Shown: positions 28,334 to 40,110 of the stretch, piece by piece | Layout: each line of letters starts with the position of its first letter | Position numbering within the stretch: position 1 is the stretch's first letter | NCBI GenBank assembly: GCA_964444415.1 | Contig: CAYUHE010000001.1 | Span: 71,150 to 135,149, forward strand | Length of the DNA stretch: 64,000 bases | Source of the DNA: an uncultured Gammaproteobacteria bacterium | Lineage (GTDB): Bacteria > Cyanobacteriota > Vampirovibrionia > Gastranaerophilales > CAJFVJ01 | Reading direction: 5' to 3' | Position numbers and translations under genes: made by a program | Notes under the pieces: model-generated | Databases searched by the model: none | What the model saw: only the letters and a program-made list of their open reading frames with translations | Told to the model about the DNA's origin: nothing

Positions 28334-29706
28334 TGCAAGAAATTTTAACAAACAAAACGGTAGAAAAACTCAAACATGACCTCGTAAAAGAAGGAATGGT
28401 AACTCACGACGAGCTCAATCATGCACAAGAAATTTCACAGGCTCAAAGAGTAAATTTAGCCCAGGCTCTAATCAAATCAGGCGTTTTAAATGAAGAAATT
28501 TTGTTAAAATTTATCGAGTCCAAACTTCATATACCTTATGTGAATTTGGATGATTACACTCTGGATGAGAGGCTTTTGAGCTATATCGACCCGACAGATG
28601 CCAAAAAATACCGCGTCATTCCACTATTCAAAATCGAAGATGTTTTGACGGTTGCGATGTGTGATCCGATGGATTTGTTTGTAATTAACAATCTAATAAA
28701 ATCAGATGAAATAAAAGTCGAACCGATTATTTGCTCGGAAAATAGTATTTTAAAGGCAATTAACAGATATTATTACAATCAAGAAACCTCTATTTCTTTT
28801 GAAAAAGATGAAATTATTGATTGGCGAGATATTTTGAATAACGAAAAACAAGATGAAAATCATCTGAAAAATATCATCGAAACAATTTTAAGACAAGCCA
28901 TACAAGAAAATGTTCATGAACTATTCTTTGAACACAAATCGTATGGCTTGAGTGTTATTTTTAGGAAAAACGGCGAAATTGATAACAAAGGTGAAGTCCC
29001 TTCTCTTTTGATACCGCTATTTATTTCAAAATTGAAATCCTTATCAAGGCTTGACCCTAACGAATCCGAGCTTCCACAGCTTGGAAAACTTGTATTCAAA
29101 CTCAACGATATTGACTACACAACAAGCGTTTCGGCTTTCCCAACAATTAACGGCGAAAGAATTTTCTTAAAAATCTACAGTCCTCCAAAAAACCTGAGCG
29201 ATTTGGCGTTGCCTTTTGAAAAATTGGATTATTTGAAACAAGCTATCCAAAACCAAGGTATAATACTCGTTTGCGGCAGCGGCTTGAGCGGCAAAACCCA
29301 TGTAATTTATTCGATGCTAAAGGAATTTTCGAACAATTCTTTGAATGTAATGACCATCGAATCTATAGTCAAATATGACCTTGAAAATATTAATCAATGC
29401 GAAATAAACGAAAATGTCGGACTAAATCTTGATAAAGCTATGCGATTTATAGAATTCCAATCGCCTGATGTTGTTTATTTTGAGGGTCTTAATACCAAGT
29501 CAGGGCTGGAATATTTTATTTCTTTGGCACTCAAAAACAAACTTGTGATTACCGAGTTTTTGGCTGACGGAATGGAAGATTTACGCAAAAGATTTTCTTT
29601 TAAAGAATTTGACATCATCAAAAAACTTATTACCTGTTTGATTTTTATCCACAACCAGAGCAGTATTGAAGTTTTCACAAAAGAAGAATTGAAAAAATTT
29701 ATTTAA
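28330..29706 (+). CDS. Degenerate PilB/GspE-family ATPase-like protein with N-terminal MshEN-like domain
   Basis: LVKEGMVT...LIKSGVL; IPLF...VAMCDP; LPQLG; PTINGER; GSGLSGKT; canonical Walker B GEIRD and His box absent. Confidence 0.8.
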   Translation: MMQEILTNKTVEKLKHDLVKEGMVTHDELNHAQEISQAQRVNLAQALIKSGVLNEEILLKFIESKLHIPYVNLDDYTLDERLLSYIDPTDAKKYRVIPLFKIEDVLTVAMCDPMDLFVINNLIKSDEIKVEPIICSENSILKAINRYYYNQETSISFEKDEIIDWRDILNNEKQDENHLKNIIETILRQAIQENVHELFFEHKSYGLSVIFRKNGEIDNKGEVPSLLIPLFISKLKSLSRLDPNESELPQLGKLVFKLNDIDYTTSVSAFPTINGERIFLKIYSPPKNLSDLALPFEKLDYLKQAIQNQGIILVCGSGLSGKTHVIYSMLKEFSNNSLNVMTIESIVKYDLENINQCEINENVGLNLDKAMRFIEFQSPDVVYFEGLNTKSGLEYFISLALKNKLVITEFLADGMEDLRKRFSFKEFDIIKKLITCLIFIHNQSSIEVFTKEELKKFI

Positions 29707-29740
29707 CATATAATATTAAAGTACAAGTAGGAGTTAGATT

Positions 29741-30262
29741 ATGCCTGAATTAGTTAGAAAAATTATAAGAGATGTTCCCAATTTTCCAAAAGAAGGAATT
29801 ATTTTCAAAGATATAACAACTGTTTTGAAAGACTCAGAAGGTCTCAAACGCACCATTGACTACTTAACAGAGCAGTTCAAAGACAAAAAAATTGATTATG
29901 TAGCAGGAATAGAATCCCGCGGATTTATCTTCGGAACGCCTCTTGCATACAACTTGGGTGCAGGGTTTATAGTCGTTCGCAAACCGGGCAAATTGCCTGC
30001 TGCGGTAGAAAGTATCACTTATGACTTAGAATACGGTTCAGACACCTTAGAAGTCCATAAAGACGCTATCGAGCCAGGAAAAAGAGTTTTAATTATAGAT
30101 GATTTACTTGCCACAGGCGGAACAGCCGCAGCAGCTTGCGATTTAGTCAAAAAAATCGGCGGTGAAGTTGTAGGAATAGCCTTTATTATTGAAATCGAGG
30201 GGCTTGGCGGAAGAGATAAATTGCCTAAAGATATAGAAATTGTTTCAATGGTAAATTGCTAA
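29741..30262 (+). CDS. apt: Adenine phosphoribosyltransferase
   Basis: [40 protein letters not shown]. Confidence 0.97.
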   Translation: MPELVRKIIRDVPNFPKEGIIFKDITTVLKDSEGLKRTIDYLTEQFKDKKIDYVAGIESRGFIFGTPLAYNLGAGFIVVRKPGKLPAAVESITYDLEYGSDTLEVHKDAIEPGKRVLIIDDLLATGGTAAAACDLVKKIGGEVVGIAFIIEIEGLGGRDKLPKDIEIVSMVNC

Positions 30263-31101
30263 TGCTAAAAAAATTAATCGGAAAAATGATTATCCTAACA
30301 ATTGGTGCTTTTTTAGTTGCGCTTGGGCTAGATTGTTTTTTGGTTTGCAACAAAATTATAGATGGCGGAATTATAGGGATTTCAATAATTCTCAGCTACC
30401 TAAAAGACTGGCCGCTGGGTGCTTTGATTGTCTCTTTAAATATTCCTTTTTTCCTTTTCGGATACCAAAAACTCGGGAGGAAATTTCTTTTAAGTTCACT
30501 TTATGCTATTTTTTGCCTAGGCGCTTTTGTAACTTTGCTTGCATCTTGCCATAAAATTACAGGGAACTTACTTTTGGCTTGTGTTTTCGGCGGACTTTTG
30601 GTCGGTGCAGGAGTAGGCCTAATCATCAGAAATAACGGGTCTCTTGACGGTACTGAAGTTATTGCCATTTCAATTGCAAAAAAAATTGGTTTTTCTGTCG
30701 GCGAAATTGTAATGTTTTTTAACGTCTTTATCTTGACAGCAGCAGGCTTTGTCTTTGATTGGGACAAAGCCATGTACTCTATTTTAGCTTACTTTGTAAT
30801 TTTTAAAACTATCGATGTTGTTTTAGAAGGCTTTGACGATTCAAAAGCCATGCTTATTGTCTCTGACAAACCCGATGAAATCGCCGCAATAATTATGCAC
30901 GAACTCGGCAGAGGCGTAACTTTTTTGCACGGGCAAGGGGCTTACAGCGGAATTGATAGAAAAATAATTTATTGCATCATAAACAGGCTTGAAATCTCAA
31001 AAATCCGAGACGTAGTTGTAGAACATGACTCAAATGCTTTCATTACAATCGAAAACGTCCACGAAGTTCAAGGCGGAGTCATCGGCAAAAAACTTTTTTA
31101 A
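30262..31101 (+). CDS. YitT-family membrane protein (DUF161/DUF2179)
   Basis: DGGIIGISI, LNIPFF, GSLDGTE, RGVTFL.G.GAYSG, D.NAFI. Confidence 0.9.
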   Translation: MLKKLIGKMIILTIGAFLVALGLDCFLVCNKIIDGGIIGISIILSYLKDWPLGALIVSLNIPFFLFGYQKLGRKFLLSSLYAIFCLGAFVTLLASCHKITGNLLLACVFGGLLVGAGVGLIIRNNGSLDGTEVIAISIAKKIGFSVGEIVMFFNVFILTAAGFVFDWDKAMYSILAYFVIFKTIDVVLEGFDDSKAMLIVSDKPDEIAAIIMHELGRGVTFLHGQGAYSGIDRKIIYCIINRLEISKIRDVVVEHDSNAFITIENVHEVQGGVIGKKLF

Positions 31102-31112
31102 ATATTAACCTC

Positions 31113-31177
31113 ACGTCTAGTGTAGCAAATGCCCACCAACTCACATTGCCGTGCTTTGCTCACTTTTGTAAGGTCGA
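31113..31177 (-). repeat. Structured intergenic repeat, copy 4 (degenerate)
   Basis: Minus strand: TCGACCTTACAAAAGTGA GCAAAGCAC...GGGCATTTGC TACACTAGACGT. Confidence 0.5.
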
Positions 31178-31285
31178 CCCCTGACAAGCCTCAAAATTAA
31201 AAATTTTGGACTTGTGCAGTAGTCTCAGATTGTAAACTCCCTCCAAGTCTGATAAAATGAGATGTAAAAAAATTCAGGGAGATTC

Positions 31286-32407
31286 ATGATGATTGTAGGC
31301 GTGATTAAAGAAATTAAGGCGAATGAACACCGTGTAGCACTTGCGCCGTCAGGCGTTGATGCTTTGGTAAAAAACGGACACTCCGTATTAATCGAAAAAG
31401 GTTCCGGATTAGGCAGCGGCATAAGTGATGAGGATTTTATCCAAGCAGGAGCAAAAATACTAAATACACCCCAAGAAGTTGTCGATAAAGCCGATATGAT
31501 TGTCAAAGTAAAAGAACCTCTGCCAGCAGAATATGACCTTTTTAAAGAAAATCAAATCCTTTTTACATATCTCCATTTGGCAGCTGAACCAAAATTAACT
31601 GAAGCTTTAATCAAAAACAAAGTAACTTCGATTGCATATGAAACAATTCAAGATAATAAAGGAAACCTCCCTCTATTGCAACCTATGAGTGAAGTTGCAG
31701 GAAGAATGGCAGTACAAATCGGAGCCCAATTTTTGGAAAAACATTACGGCGGTTCAGGTATTTTGCTAGGTGGAGTACCGGGAATTCCGACAGGAAAAGT
31801 TGTCATCATAGGTGGCGGAATCGTAGGACTGAATTCAGCAAAAATGGCAGTAGGTTTGGGCGCAGATGTCACTATTATGGATATTTCTTTAGATAGACTT
31901 CGCTATATTGATGATATTTTTGCAGGTCGAGTAAAAACGCTTCATTCAAACCCCTATAACATAGCGCACGAAGCTAAAACAGCTGATTTATTAATTGGAG
32001 CAGTTTTAATTCCAGGTGCAAAAGCCCCGCATCTTGTCACTGAAGATATGGTAAAAACAATGAAAAAAGGGTCTGTAATTGTAGATGTAGCAATTGATCA
32101 AGGCGGTTCTGTCGAAACAATTGACAGAGTAACTACTCACGAAAATCCTGTTTTTGAAAAACATGGTGTATTGCATTACTCAGTAGCAAATATCCCAGGA
32201 GCGGTCGCCAGAAGCTCAACCTTTGCACTCACTAATGCAACTTTGCCCTATGTGTTAAAGCTCGCAAAAAAAGGTCTGGCTGCCGTTAAAGACTCTTCAG
32301 CTTTGGCAAAAGGTGTAAACGTCCTCCATGGTTCAATTACTTGCCAATCGGTAGCCGAATCTTTAGGCAAAGAATACACACCTCTTGAAAAAGTTTTGGG
32401 TATGTAA
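31286..32407 (+). CDS. ald: Alanine dehydrogenase
   Basis: KEIKANEHRVAL, VKVKEP, TYLHLA, PMSEVAGR, DVAIDQGG, VANIPGAV. Confidence 0.97.
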   Translation: MMIVGVIKEIKANEHRVALAPSGVDALVKNGHSVLIEKGSGLGSGISDEDFIQAGAKILNTPQEVVDKADMIVKVKEPLPAEYDLFKENQILFTYLHLAAEPKLTEALIKNKVTSIAYETIQDNKGNLPLLQPMSEVAGRMAVQIGAQFLEKHYGGSGILLGGVPGIPTGKVVIIGGGIVGLNSAKMAVGLGADVTIMDISLDRLRYIDDIFAGRVKTLHSNPYNIAHEAKTADLLIGAVLIPGAKAPHLVTEDMVKTMKKGSVIVDVAIDQGGSVETIDRVTTHENPVFEKHGVLHYSVANIPGAVARSSTFALTNATLPYVLKLAKKGLAAVKDSSALAKGVNVLHGSITCQSVAESLGKEYTPLEKVLGM

Positions 32408-32509
32408 ATCTATACTTGAAAAAAGTACCTCGAGATGAAATCCCTAGCAAAGCTCTAGGCGAATAGACATAGAGATATGCACCTACTTGGCTGCGGAGCA
32501 AAAATGGTT

Positions 32510-32535
32510 AGATGCCGAAATAAATTCGGCATGAC
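32510..32535 (-). repeat. REP-like 26-bp palindrome
   Basis: GTCAT GCCGAA tttat TTCGGC ATCT; sister copy at 61310. Confidence 0.65.
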
Positions 32536-32565
32536 ATTTTAAAGCTTTGTTTTAAAATAAATTTA

Positions 32566-34356
32566 TTACTTCAATCTTACCCAAGAAGCTTTGCGAACTC
32601 TCACATTCTCTGGTGTAATTTCGACAAGCTCATCTTCTGCAATGTATTCAAGACAATCTTCAAGCGTCATAAGACGTGGTGCTTGCAATGTAACCATTAC
32701 ATCCGCGCCTGATGAGCGCATATTTGTAAGCTGTTTTTTCTTGCAAATATTAACAAGCAAATCCATCGGTCTATTGTGCTCACCGACTATCATTCCGCGA
32801 TAAACTTTAGTTTTTGGATTCAAGAAAAATACGCCTCTGTCTTCAAATTGTCGCAAAGCATAAGGAATTGCTTCGCCGTCTTCATGTGCAATCAAAGAGC
32901 CATTTCTAAGCTTTTGAATTTCGCCGGCGCTAGGTTTGTACTTGTCAAAAACATGGTACATAATACCTTCGCCTTTTGTCATTCTGATAAAATCGCTTCT
33001 GAAACCAATCAAGCCGCGAGCAGGAATTGAAAAATTCATGTTTGTTCTAATTCCGTTTGATTGCATCTCTCTCATTTCGCCTTTTCTTTGGGCTAATTTG
33101 TCAATACAGCTTCCTGCAAAATCAGATGGTACATCAATCACAAGGTTTTCATACGGCTCATGTTGAACTTCATCAATTTCTTTAAAAATTACTTCCGGTT
33201 TTGAAACCTGAAACTCATACCCCTCGCGGCGCATTGTTTCAATCAAAATCCCAAGGTGCAATTCGCCTCTTCCTGAAACTCTGAAAACATCAGTATTTTC
33301 AGTATCTTCAACTCTCAAACTGACATTTTTTTCTAATTCTCTATAAAGTCTTCTACTGATTTGCCTTGAAGTAATAAATTTGCCTTCAAGTCCTGCAAAA
33401 GGTGAATCATTTACAGAAAAATTCATCTGTAATGTAGGTTCATCAATGTTAATTAGTGGCAATGCCTGTGGATTATCAATTGATGAAATTGTTTCACCGA
33501 TTTGCACATCAGGAAAACCGCATATACCGACAATATCACCGGCTTGCGCCGATTGAAGATCAACTCTGTCAAGACCTTCAAAGCCAATCAATTTGGCAAC
33601 TTTACCACGCTGAATTTTATCCTCTCGAGTCAGCAAAGTAACCTGCTGTCCGCTTTCGATAATGCCGTTAACAATACGTCCGATGGCTATTCTGCCCACA
33701 TACTCATTGTAATCAAGAGTTGTTACATGAAACTGCAAATTTTCTTTGGCATTTCCTGTTGGAGGTTTGATATCCTTGATGATTGTGTCAAAAAGAGGTT
33801 TAAGATTATCAGACTCATCTTCAACTTCTTTTTTTGCAATTCCGCTAACGCCACTTGCATAAACCACAGGGAAATCGAGTAAATATTGATTATCTGTAAG
33901 TTCTAAGAATAATTCAAATACTTTGTCCAAAGCTCCGTGTGGATCAGCTCCTTGTCTGTCAATTTTGTTGATTACGACAACAATTCTAATCCCAAGCTCA
34001 AGAGCTTTTGAAAGTACGAAACGAGTTTGCGGCATCGGACCTTCAGCTGCATCAACAATAAGCAATGCTCCATCCACCATGCCAAGTACACGTTCAACTT
34101 CTCCGCCAAAGTCTGCGTGACCCGGTGTATCGACAACGTTGATTTTGTAACCACCATAATTAATACAAATATTTTTTGAAAGAATGGTAATCCCTCTTTC
34201 ACGTTCTATATCATTAGAATCAAGCACGCAAGTTTGCACAACTTCATTATCTCGGAACACACCGCTTTGCTTAAGCATTCCATCTACCAAAGTAGTTTTG
34301 CCGTGGTCGACGTGTGCAATTATAGCGATATTTCTTCGCTTTTCTATTGATTTCAT
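32566..34356 (-). CDS. typA: Translational GTPase TypA/BipA
   Basis: [55 protein letters not shown]. Confidence 0.97.
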   Translation of the reverse strand: MKSIEKRRNIAIIAHVDHGKTTLVDGMLKQSGVFRDNEVVQTCVLDSNDIERERGITILSKNICINYGGYKINVVDTPGHADFGGEVERVLGMVDGALLIVDAAEGPMPQTRFVLSKALELGIRIVVVINKIDRQGADPHGALDKVFELFLELTDNQYLLDFPVVYASGVSGIAKKEVEDESDNLKPLFDTIIKDIKPPTGNAKENLQFHVTTLDYNEYVGRIAIGRIVNGIIESGQQVTLLTREDKIQRGKVAKLIGFEGLDRVDLQSAQAGDIVGICGFPDVQIGETISSIDNPQALPLINIDEPTLQMNFSVNDSPFAGLEGKFITSRQISRRLYRELEKNVSLRVEDTENTDVFRVSGRGELHLGILIETMRREGYEFQVSKPEVIFKEIDEVQHEPYENLVIDVPSDFAGSCIDKLAQRKGEMREMQSNGIRTNMNFSIPARGLIGFRSDFIRMTKGEGIMYHVFDKYKPSAGEIQKLRNGSLIAHEDGEAIPYALRQFEDRGVFFLNPKTKVYRGMIVGEHNRPMDLLVNICKKKQLTNMRSSGADVMVTLQAPRLMTLEDCLEYIAEDELVEITPENVRVRKASWVRLK

Positions 34357-34517
34357 TTTTTCTTCCTCATGTCTTCTTATATATAAGATACCAAAGATAT
34401 AACTTTAAAACCAATTTTTTTAAATTTAATGAATTGTAAAGTTTTTTGAAATTTTTGAATTTTGCAAAAGCATATCGTTTTTATATTAAGGGACTTCTAA
34501 TATTTACAATTTAATAT

Positions 34518-34549
34518 AAAAAAAGCCCCGCATTTTACGGGGCTTTTTT
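34518..34549. terminator. Bidirectional Rho-independent terminator after the sigma factor gene
   Basis: A7 GCCCCG catttta CGGGGC T6. Confidence 0.85.
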
Positions 34550-35500
34550 CTATTTAAGATAATCTTTGAGATGTTTTATCTCATCTCTTGCACGAAGTTT
34601 TTTAATCGCGACATCTTCTATTTGTCTGATACGTTCTTTTGAAAAGCCCATTTTTTGGCCAAGTTCTTCGAGAGTTTTTTGTTTTGTTCCATAAATCCCA
34701 AATCGCTCAATCAAAATGGTCTGTTCACGCTCAGTCAAAAAACAAAGTACTTTTTCTATATCTTGAGACAAAAGTTCTTCTGTAGTCTCGCTACTTGGAC
34801 CTTTATGCAAAGTGTCTGGCACATAATCCTCTAAGAACAGTTCGTCACCAATTTGCATATCAAGAGAAATAGGTTCTCTAATCATTGCTTTTCTGATGTT
34901 TGCAATTTTCAGTTTGCTCAAATCCATTTTTTGCGCCAATTCCATATCAGTCGGCTCTCTGCCAAGCTCATTAGAAAGATCATGCATAGTTCTTTTTAAA
35001 ATTCTGATTTTATCAGACATGTGAACAGGTATTCTGACCGTACGAGAAGTATTTGCAATAGATCTAATTATTGTTTGTCTAATCCACCATGTTGCATACG
35101 TCGAAAATTTGAATCCTCTTTTGTAATCAAATCTCTCTGTCGCACGCATAAGTCCAAGGCTACCCTCTTGAACCATATCCATAAATAAAACGCCTTGCCC
35201 GACATATTTTTTGGCAATACTGACTACAAGACGCAAATTTGCTTGCACAAGTCTGTCTTTCGCCTTTTTTGCCTCATCTTTAGGGCCTTCTTTTATAATT
35301 TGCCCGAGCTCAAGTTCCTGAGGTGTTGTCAATAATTTTTTCTTACCAATATCTTTCAAATACATTTGAAGAATATCATCAGAATATGCACTAGTGCATT
35401 TATCAAAATATTTTTCTTCTTTTTCCTCTGTCCCATCATCAATTAATGCGTCTATCAATTTTTCTTGGACATCTTCTATAATTTCTACTTTAAAATTCAT
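34550..35500 (-). CDS. RNA polymerase sigma70 factor, RpoD-like lacking region 1.1 (group 2-like)
   Basis: MYLKDIG (1.2), ANLRLVVSIAKKY, GFKFSTYATWWIRQ, TLEELG...SKERIRQIE. Confidence 0.92.
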   Translation of the reverse strand: MNFKVEIIEDVQEKLIDALIDDGTEEKEEKYFDKCTSAYSDDILQMYLKDIGKKKLLTTPQELELGQIIKEGPKDEAKKAKDRLVQANLRLVVSIAKKYVGQGVLFMDMVQEGSLGLMRATERFDYKRGFKFSTYATWWIRQTIIRSIANTSRTVRIPVHMSDKIRILKRTMHDLSNELGREPTDMELAQKMDLSKLKIANIRKAMIREPISLDMQIGDELFLEDYVPDTLHKGPSSETTEELLSQDIEKVLCFLTEREQTILIERFGIYGTKQKTLEELGQKMGFSKERIRQIEDVAIKKLRARDEIKHLKDYLK

Positions 35501-35588
35501 AATTCTACTATTCCTATCATTCCGTTTAGTAATCTTTTTGCTTATTATATTACTAGACGATAGGATTGGTAAAAAGTTTCATATTAGA

Positions 35589-36278
35589 CTAAAAGCCTAA
35601 CCTTATAAGACTAAAAGGTCTTCTTTCTAATCGTTGACTAACTAAAGACATTCCATAACAAATGACAAAATATACGATAGCTATAAGGACTAAAATCTCT
35701 GTCTCTCTAAAGGTTCGCTCATAAATCAATTCGCCTGAACGGGTAAATTCAATAAGCCCAATCACAGAAGCCAAAGATGTATCTTTCACAAGAGAAATAA
35801 ATTGGCTGACAAGAGCTGGCATCATTCTGCTAATTGCGCAAGGCAAAATAATATATTTGAGCCTCTGAAAAACATTCAATCCAAGAGCTTTCGCCGCCTG
35901 AATTTGGGTCGCCTCGACTGATTTCAAGCCACTTCTGACAATTTCTGCAATATAAGCTGACGTAAACAATGACAAAGCAATATAAGCAGATTGAAACTCA
36001 AGTGCGCCAAAAATATCATCATGAAATATATTTATACTAGCCAAAATCGGCGAGCAAGTAAGATAAATAAACACAATATAAAGCACCAAAGGGATACTTC
36101 TTGTGATTTCGATAAAAAATGCAGAAATAATTTTTAATGGCAAAATATTTGAATACCTTGCTATACCAAGAAGAGACCCCAAAATCATACTCGTAACACC
36201 GGAAAGCAATCCGAGCATAATTGTTATGCGAAGACCCTTAAAAAGCAGTTCGGAGTTGAGGATTATGTCATGCATCAA
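35589..36278 (-). CDS. Polar amino-acid ABC transporter permease
   Basis: SAYIAEIVRSG, LVKDTSLASVIG. Confidence 0.92.
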   Translation of the reverse strand: MMHDIILNSELLFKGLRITIMLGLLSGVTSMILGSLLGIARYSNILPLKIISAFFIEITRSIPLVLYIVFIYLTCSPILASINIFHDDIFGALEFQSAYIALSLFTSAYIAEIVRSGLKSVEATQIQAAKALGLNVFQRLKYIILPCAISRMMPALVSQFISLVKDTSLASVIGLIEFTRSGELIYERTFRETEILVLIAIVYFVICYGMSLVSQRLERRPFSLIRLGF

Positions 36279-36949
36279 ACCCTAGCCTCCCTACCGTAGA
36301 CTTTCAGTTTTTTCTCCAAAATATTTGTAATCAAAGCCACAAACCCCGACAAAACCATATACATCAAGGCTCCAACTAAGAAAAACTCATAAATCCTAAA
36401 ATCATCTGCCGCACCTTTATAAATTACATAAAAAATATCCACAACGGCAATAAAACTGACCAAAGAAGAGTTTTTAATCAAATTGATAAACTGGCTTCCT
36501 AAAGCAGGGATGACTATTCTGATTGCTTGAGGAAATGTAATCAAAAAAAATGTCTGAAAATAATTTAGCCCCAAAGCATACGATGCCTGCGGCTGCTGTT
36601 TGGCAATCGAATTCATACCTGAGCGCAAAACTTCAGCAATATACGCCCCTGTATAAAGGCTAAGGGCAATAATACCGCAGTTTATGGGCGAAAAACTAAG
36701 ACCAAAATGCGGATAAACTTTATAAATTATATAAAGCTGTATTAAAAGCGGGACATTTCTTGCGGCTTCAACATAAATATTTGTGATGATTTTGGCAAAA
36801 TGATTGGGCAAATCTCTCAAATAAGCAACAAAAACGCCCAAAATAAAGGCGAAAATGCTGCTTAATATTGAAACTCGCAAAGTTATCATCAAACCTTGCA
36901 GAAGAAGTTCTTTAGCCTGTAAAATAACTGAAAAATCAATGGTGTACAT
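36275..36949 (-). CDS. Polar amino-acid ABC transporter permease
   Basis: RNVPLLIQL, GAYIAEVLRSG, LIKNSSL. Confidence 0.92.
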   Translation of the reverse strand: MYTIDFSVILQAKELLLQGLMITLRVSILSSIFAFILGVFVAYLRDLPNHFAKIITNIYVEAARNVPLLIQLYIIYKVYPHFGLSFSPINCGIIALSLYTGAYIAEVLRSGMNSIAKQQPQASYALGLNYFQTFFLITFPQAIRIVIPALGSQFINLIKNSSLVSFIAVVDIFYVIYKGAADDFRIYEFFLVGALMYMVLSGFVALITNILEKKLKVYGREARV

Positions 36950-37729
36950 TTATTTTACCCATTTGTGTTTAATTTTCTTAAGAGTACCGTCTTTTTCCAT
37001 ACGGTATAATGACTCGTCAATAGCCATTCTTAGCGTTTCTGTCTCTGTACCTTTTTTGATAGCTATGCCATAAGGCTCTTTCGTATATCTTTCTGGTAGG
37101 ATTTTGAAATTTTTATCAGTATCCAAAAATCCGTACAAAATACTGTCATCTGTCGTAAGGGCATTGCCGCGACCTGCTTTAAGGGCTGAAAATGCATCGT
37201 TATAAGTTCTAAATCCTTGAATAACGGCATCAGGAGCCATCATTCTAATATTTTTTTCTGAAGTCGAACCAAGAACTATGATAACTTTTTTGTTATTAAG
37301 ATCTTTAATCCCACGAATATCACTATTTTGAGGAATCATTATAGCTTGCCCGGCAATATAATAAGGCTGTGAAAAATCAACTACCTCAAGCCTTTTGGGA
37401 TTAATTGTCATAGTTGCAATAACCACATCAATCGCATCAGATGTAAGCATGAAAATCCTGTTGGATGAAGTCACCTGCTTGAATTCGACAGCATTTGGAT
37501 CGCCCAAAATGCTTTTTGCCATTTCTCTCGCAATATCTATATCAAAACCCTGAACCTGATTTTTTTCATTTACAAATCCAAACGGCTTACTGTCATATTT
37601 TACGCCTACAATCAATTTCCCACGCTGTTTTATTTTGTCCAATTTGTCCATTTGAGGCTGATCAGACTTGAAGCTGCAGCCTGCCAAAAATATAATTAAG
37701 GATAAACTTAAAAGTAATAATTTTTTCAT
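36950..37729 (-). CDS. Polar amino-acid (Glu/Gln/Asp) ABC substrate-binding lipoprotein
   Basis: LAGC lipobox; [29 protein letters not shown]. Confidence 0.92.
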   Translation of the reverse strand: MKKLLLLSLSLIIFLAGCSFKSDQPQMDKLDKIKQRGKLIVGVKYDSKPFGFVNEKNQVQGFDIDIAREMAKSILGDPNAVEFKQVTSSNRIFMLTSDAIDVVIATMTINPKRLEVVDFSQPYYIAGQAIMIPQNSDIRGIKDLNNKKVIIVLGSTSEKNIRMMAPDAVIQGFRTYNDAFSALKAGRGNALTTDDSILYGFLDTDKNFKILPERYTKEPYGIAIKKGTETETLRMAIDESLYRMEKDGTLKKIKHKWVK

Positions 37730-38451
37730 ATATTTACACTTTCTAAAAAATCTTTCGTAGCTTGTTTTTCAGGATTATCAAAAAATTCATCCGGTTTATT
37801 TTCTTCGATTATTTCTCCATGAGACATAAAAAGAATTCTGTTGGCGATTTCTTTTGCAAATTTCATCTCATGAGTAACAACTATCATCGTCATGCCTTCT
37901 TGTGCAAGCCCTTTCATTACATCCAAAACTTCTTGTGTCATCTGAGGGTCAAGAGCCGACGTTGGCTCATCAAAAAGCATTATATCAGGTTGCATGGCAA
38001 GACTCCTGGCTATAGCAACCCTTTGAGCCTGACCGCCTGAAAGTTCATCGGGGTATTTGTTAATTTTTTCCAAAAGCCCGACTTTTTCCAAAAGTTCCAT
38101 TGCAATGAATTCCGCTTCATTCTTTGAAACACCCTTCACCTTTATCGGCGCAAGGGTAATATTTTGCTTTACCGTCATATGCGGGAAAAGATTAAATTGT
38201 TGAAAAACTATGCCCAATCTTGTTCTTAAAAGATTAATGTTGGTATGTTTACAATTAATTTCTTGCCCGTCAATATAAACTTTGCCTGCACTAAGTGGCT
38301 CAAGGCCGTTAATGCATTTAAGAAGTGTACTCTTGCCGCACCCTGATGAGCCAATAAGGGTAATGATTTCACCTTCTTTAACTTCAAGATTTATATTGTT
38401 CAAAATTCTTGTTTTACCAAAATATTTTGATAAATTAACTATTTTTATCAT
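37726..38451 (-). CDS. glnQ: Polar amino-acid ABC transporter ATP-binding protein
   Basis: [33 protein letters not shown]; likely start MIKIVN at 38451. Confidence 0.9.
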   Translation of the reverse strand: MIKIVNLSKYFGKTRILNNINLEVKEGEIITLIGSSGCGKSTLLKCINGLEPLSAGKVYIDGQEINCKHTNINLLRTRLGIVFQQFNLFPHMTVKQNITLAPIKVKGVSKNEAEFIAMELLEKVGLLEKINKYPDELSGGQAQRVAIARSLAMQPDIMLFDEPTSALDPQMTQEVLDVMKGLAQEGMTMIVVTHEMKFAKEIANRILFMSHGEIIEENKPDEFFDNPEKQATKDFLESVNI

Positions 38452-38578
38452 GTTAAAAGCCTTAAAATTGTTATAATGAGCATTGCATTCCTGACTTAAG
38501 GATATTATAGTTGAATATAGTATTTTTAGGCTCATTTTCTTAAATGAAATGTTATATAATAAAAAACGCGAGGTTGTA

Positions 38579-39094
38579 ATGACAAAATATTTATCAATAG
38601 GAAGAATTTTAAATTTTCACGGGATAAAAGGCGAGGCAAAAGTCGGTTATACCAAAGGAAAAGAGGACCAACTTTTATCAATCGAGCAATTCTTAATCGA
38701 AAAAGACGGAAAACAGATTTTTTTGACACCTGAATCGGTGAAATTTCATAAACAACATGCCTTGATAAAATTCAAGGAAATCAACACTATCGAAGAGGTT
38801 CAGGCATTAAAAAATATTGAACTAAAAGCTGACAAAACAAAAGTTCAAGACTATCTTGAAGAAGATGAATATCTTATTGATGATTTGGTAGGACTTGACG
38901 TTTATAACACAAAAGATGAATATATCGGTAAAGTCAAATTCCTTGAAGCACAACCGGGTAGTGAGCTTTTGTCAATTGAAGATGACAACAAAAAGATGCA
39001 CCTCGTACCTTTTGTTAAAAAACTTGTACCTGTTATAGATTTACAAAAAAACATGATAATAATAGATGAAATCCCTGGTTTGATTGAAAGATAA
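38579..39094 (+). CDS. rimM: 16S rRNA processing protein RimM
   Basis: [33 protein letters not shown]; upstream of trmD. Confidence 0.93.
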   Translation: MTKYLSIGRILNFHGIKGEAKVGYTKGKEDQLLSIEQFLIEKDGKQIFLTPESVKFHKQHALIKFKEINTIEEVQALKNIELKADKTKVQDYLEEDEYLIDDLVGLDVYNTKDEYIGKVKFLEAQPGSELLSIEDDNKKMHLVPFVKKLVPVIDLQKNMIIIDEIPGLIER

Positions 39095-39771
39095 TGCAAT
39101 ACGACGTAATAACTTTATTTCCGGATATGATAAAACAGCATTGCTCACACAGCATTGTTTCTCGAGGCATCGAAAGTGGCTGTATGAGAGTAAATACAAT
39201 CAATCCGCGTGATTTTACAGAAGACAAACACCACAGAGTCGATGACACTCCTTATGGAGGCGGAGCCGGCATGGTACTTATGTGTGAACCATTTTTTAAA
39301 GCTTATGAAAGCATTGAGAAAAAACCTAAAATAAAAACCCTAATGCTAACTCCACAAGGCAAACCTCTTACGCAAAAAATTGTAAAAGACCTGTCTGAAT
39401 ATGAACAAATCATACTCCTTTGCGGGCATTATGAGGGTTTTGACGAGAGAATTAGAGAAGGTATAGAACTTGAAGAGATTTCTATCGGGGATTTTGTTTT
39501 GACTGGTGGAGAATTGGGGGCTTTATGCATCATAGATGCCACAAGTCGCCTTATTGACGGTGTTCTAGGCAAAATTGAGTCTGCCCAAGAAGACACCTTC
39601 GAAGACGGGCTTCTTGAATATCCACAATACACAAAGCCTTATGATTTTAGAGGAATGAAAGTTCCTGATGTCTTACTCAGCGGAAATCACAAAGAAATCG
39701 CAAAATGGAGACACGAGCAAAGACTTTTGCGTACAGAGCAAAAACGACCTGATTTGTACAAAAAAATCTAA
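39094..39771 (+). CDS. trmD: tRNA (guanine37-N1)-methyltransferase
   Basis: VDDTPYGGGAGM, CGHYEGFDER, SIGDFVLTGGE, LLEYPQYT. Confidence 0.97.
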   Translation: MQYDVITLFPDMIKQHCSHSIVSRGIESGCMRVNTINPRDFTEDKHHRVDDTPYGGGAGMVLMCEPFFKAYESIEKKPKIKTLMLTPQGKPLTQKIVKDLSEYEQIILLCGHYEGFDERIREGIELEEISIGDFVLTGGELGALCIIDATSRLIDGVLGKIESAQEDTFEDGLLEYPQYTKPYDFRGMKVPDVLLSGNHKEIAKWRHEQRLLRTEQKRPDLYKKI

Positions 39772-40010
39772 TTCCTCTCATCGGTATCGAGATTTTTGTA
39801 CTGCTCTATCAATTCTGTCTCGGGATAACCCTCTATATCAAGCTCATCAGAAGGTTCGTCATAAATAGATTCACCGTCATTACAAAACAGGATTATTTCT
39901 CGTCTGTCAGTATGAGGCAAAAGTTCTTCTTCGTCCAAAACCAGAACTTCGCAGTCTATATATTTTCTTTTCGATTCAGAATAAAGTTTTTTATTAATAG
40001 TATGTGCCAT
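39768..40010 (-). CDS. Small acidic hypothetical protein
   Basis: AAGGAAGTG SD before MAHTINKK. Confidence 0.55.
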   Translation of the reverse strand: MAHTINKKLYSESKRKYIDCEVLVLDEEELLPHTDRREIILFCNDGESIYDEPSDELDIEGYPETELIEQYKNLDTDERN

Positions 40011-40110
40011 CTTTTTCACTTCCTTTACTATTTTCATCTTCAGATTAGCATATCAAATTTGTTTTTTTATGCCACGAAATACCAATAATATTTTGGAGTA
40101 TAATTTACTT

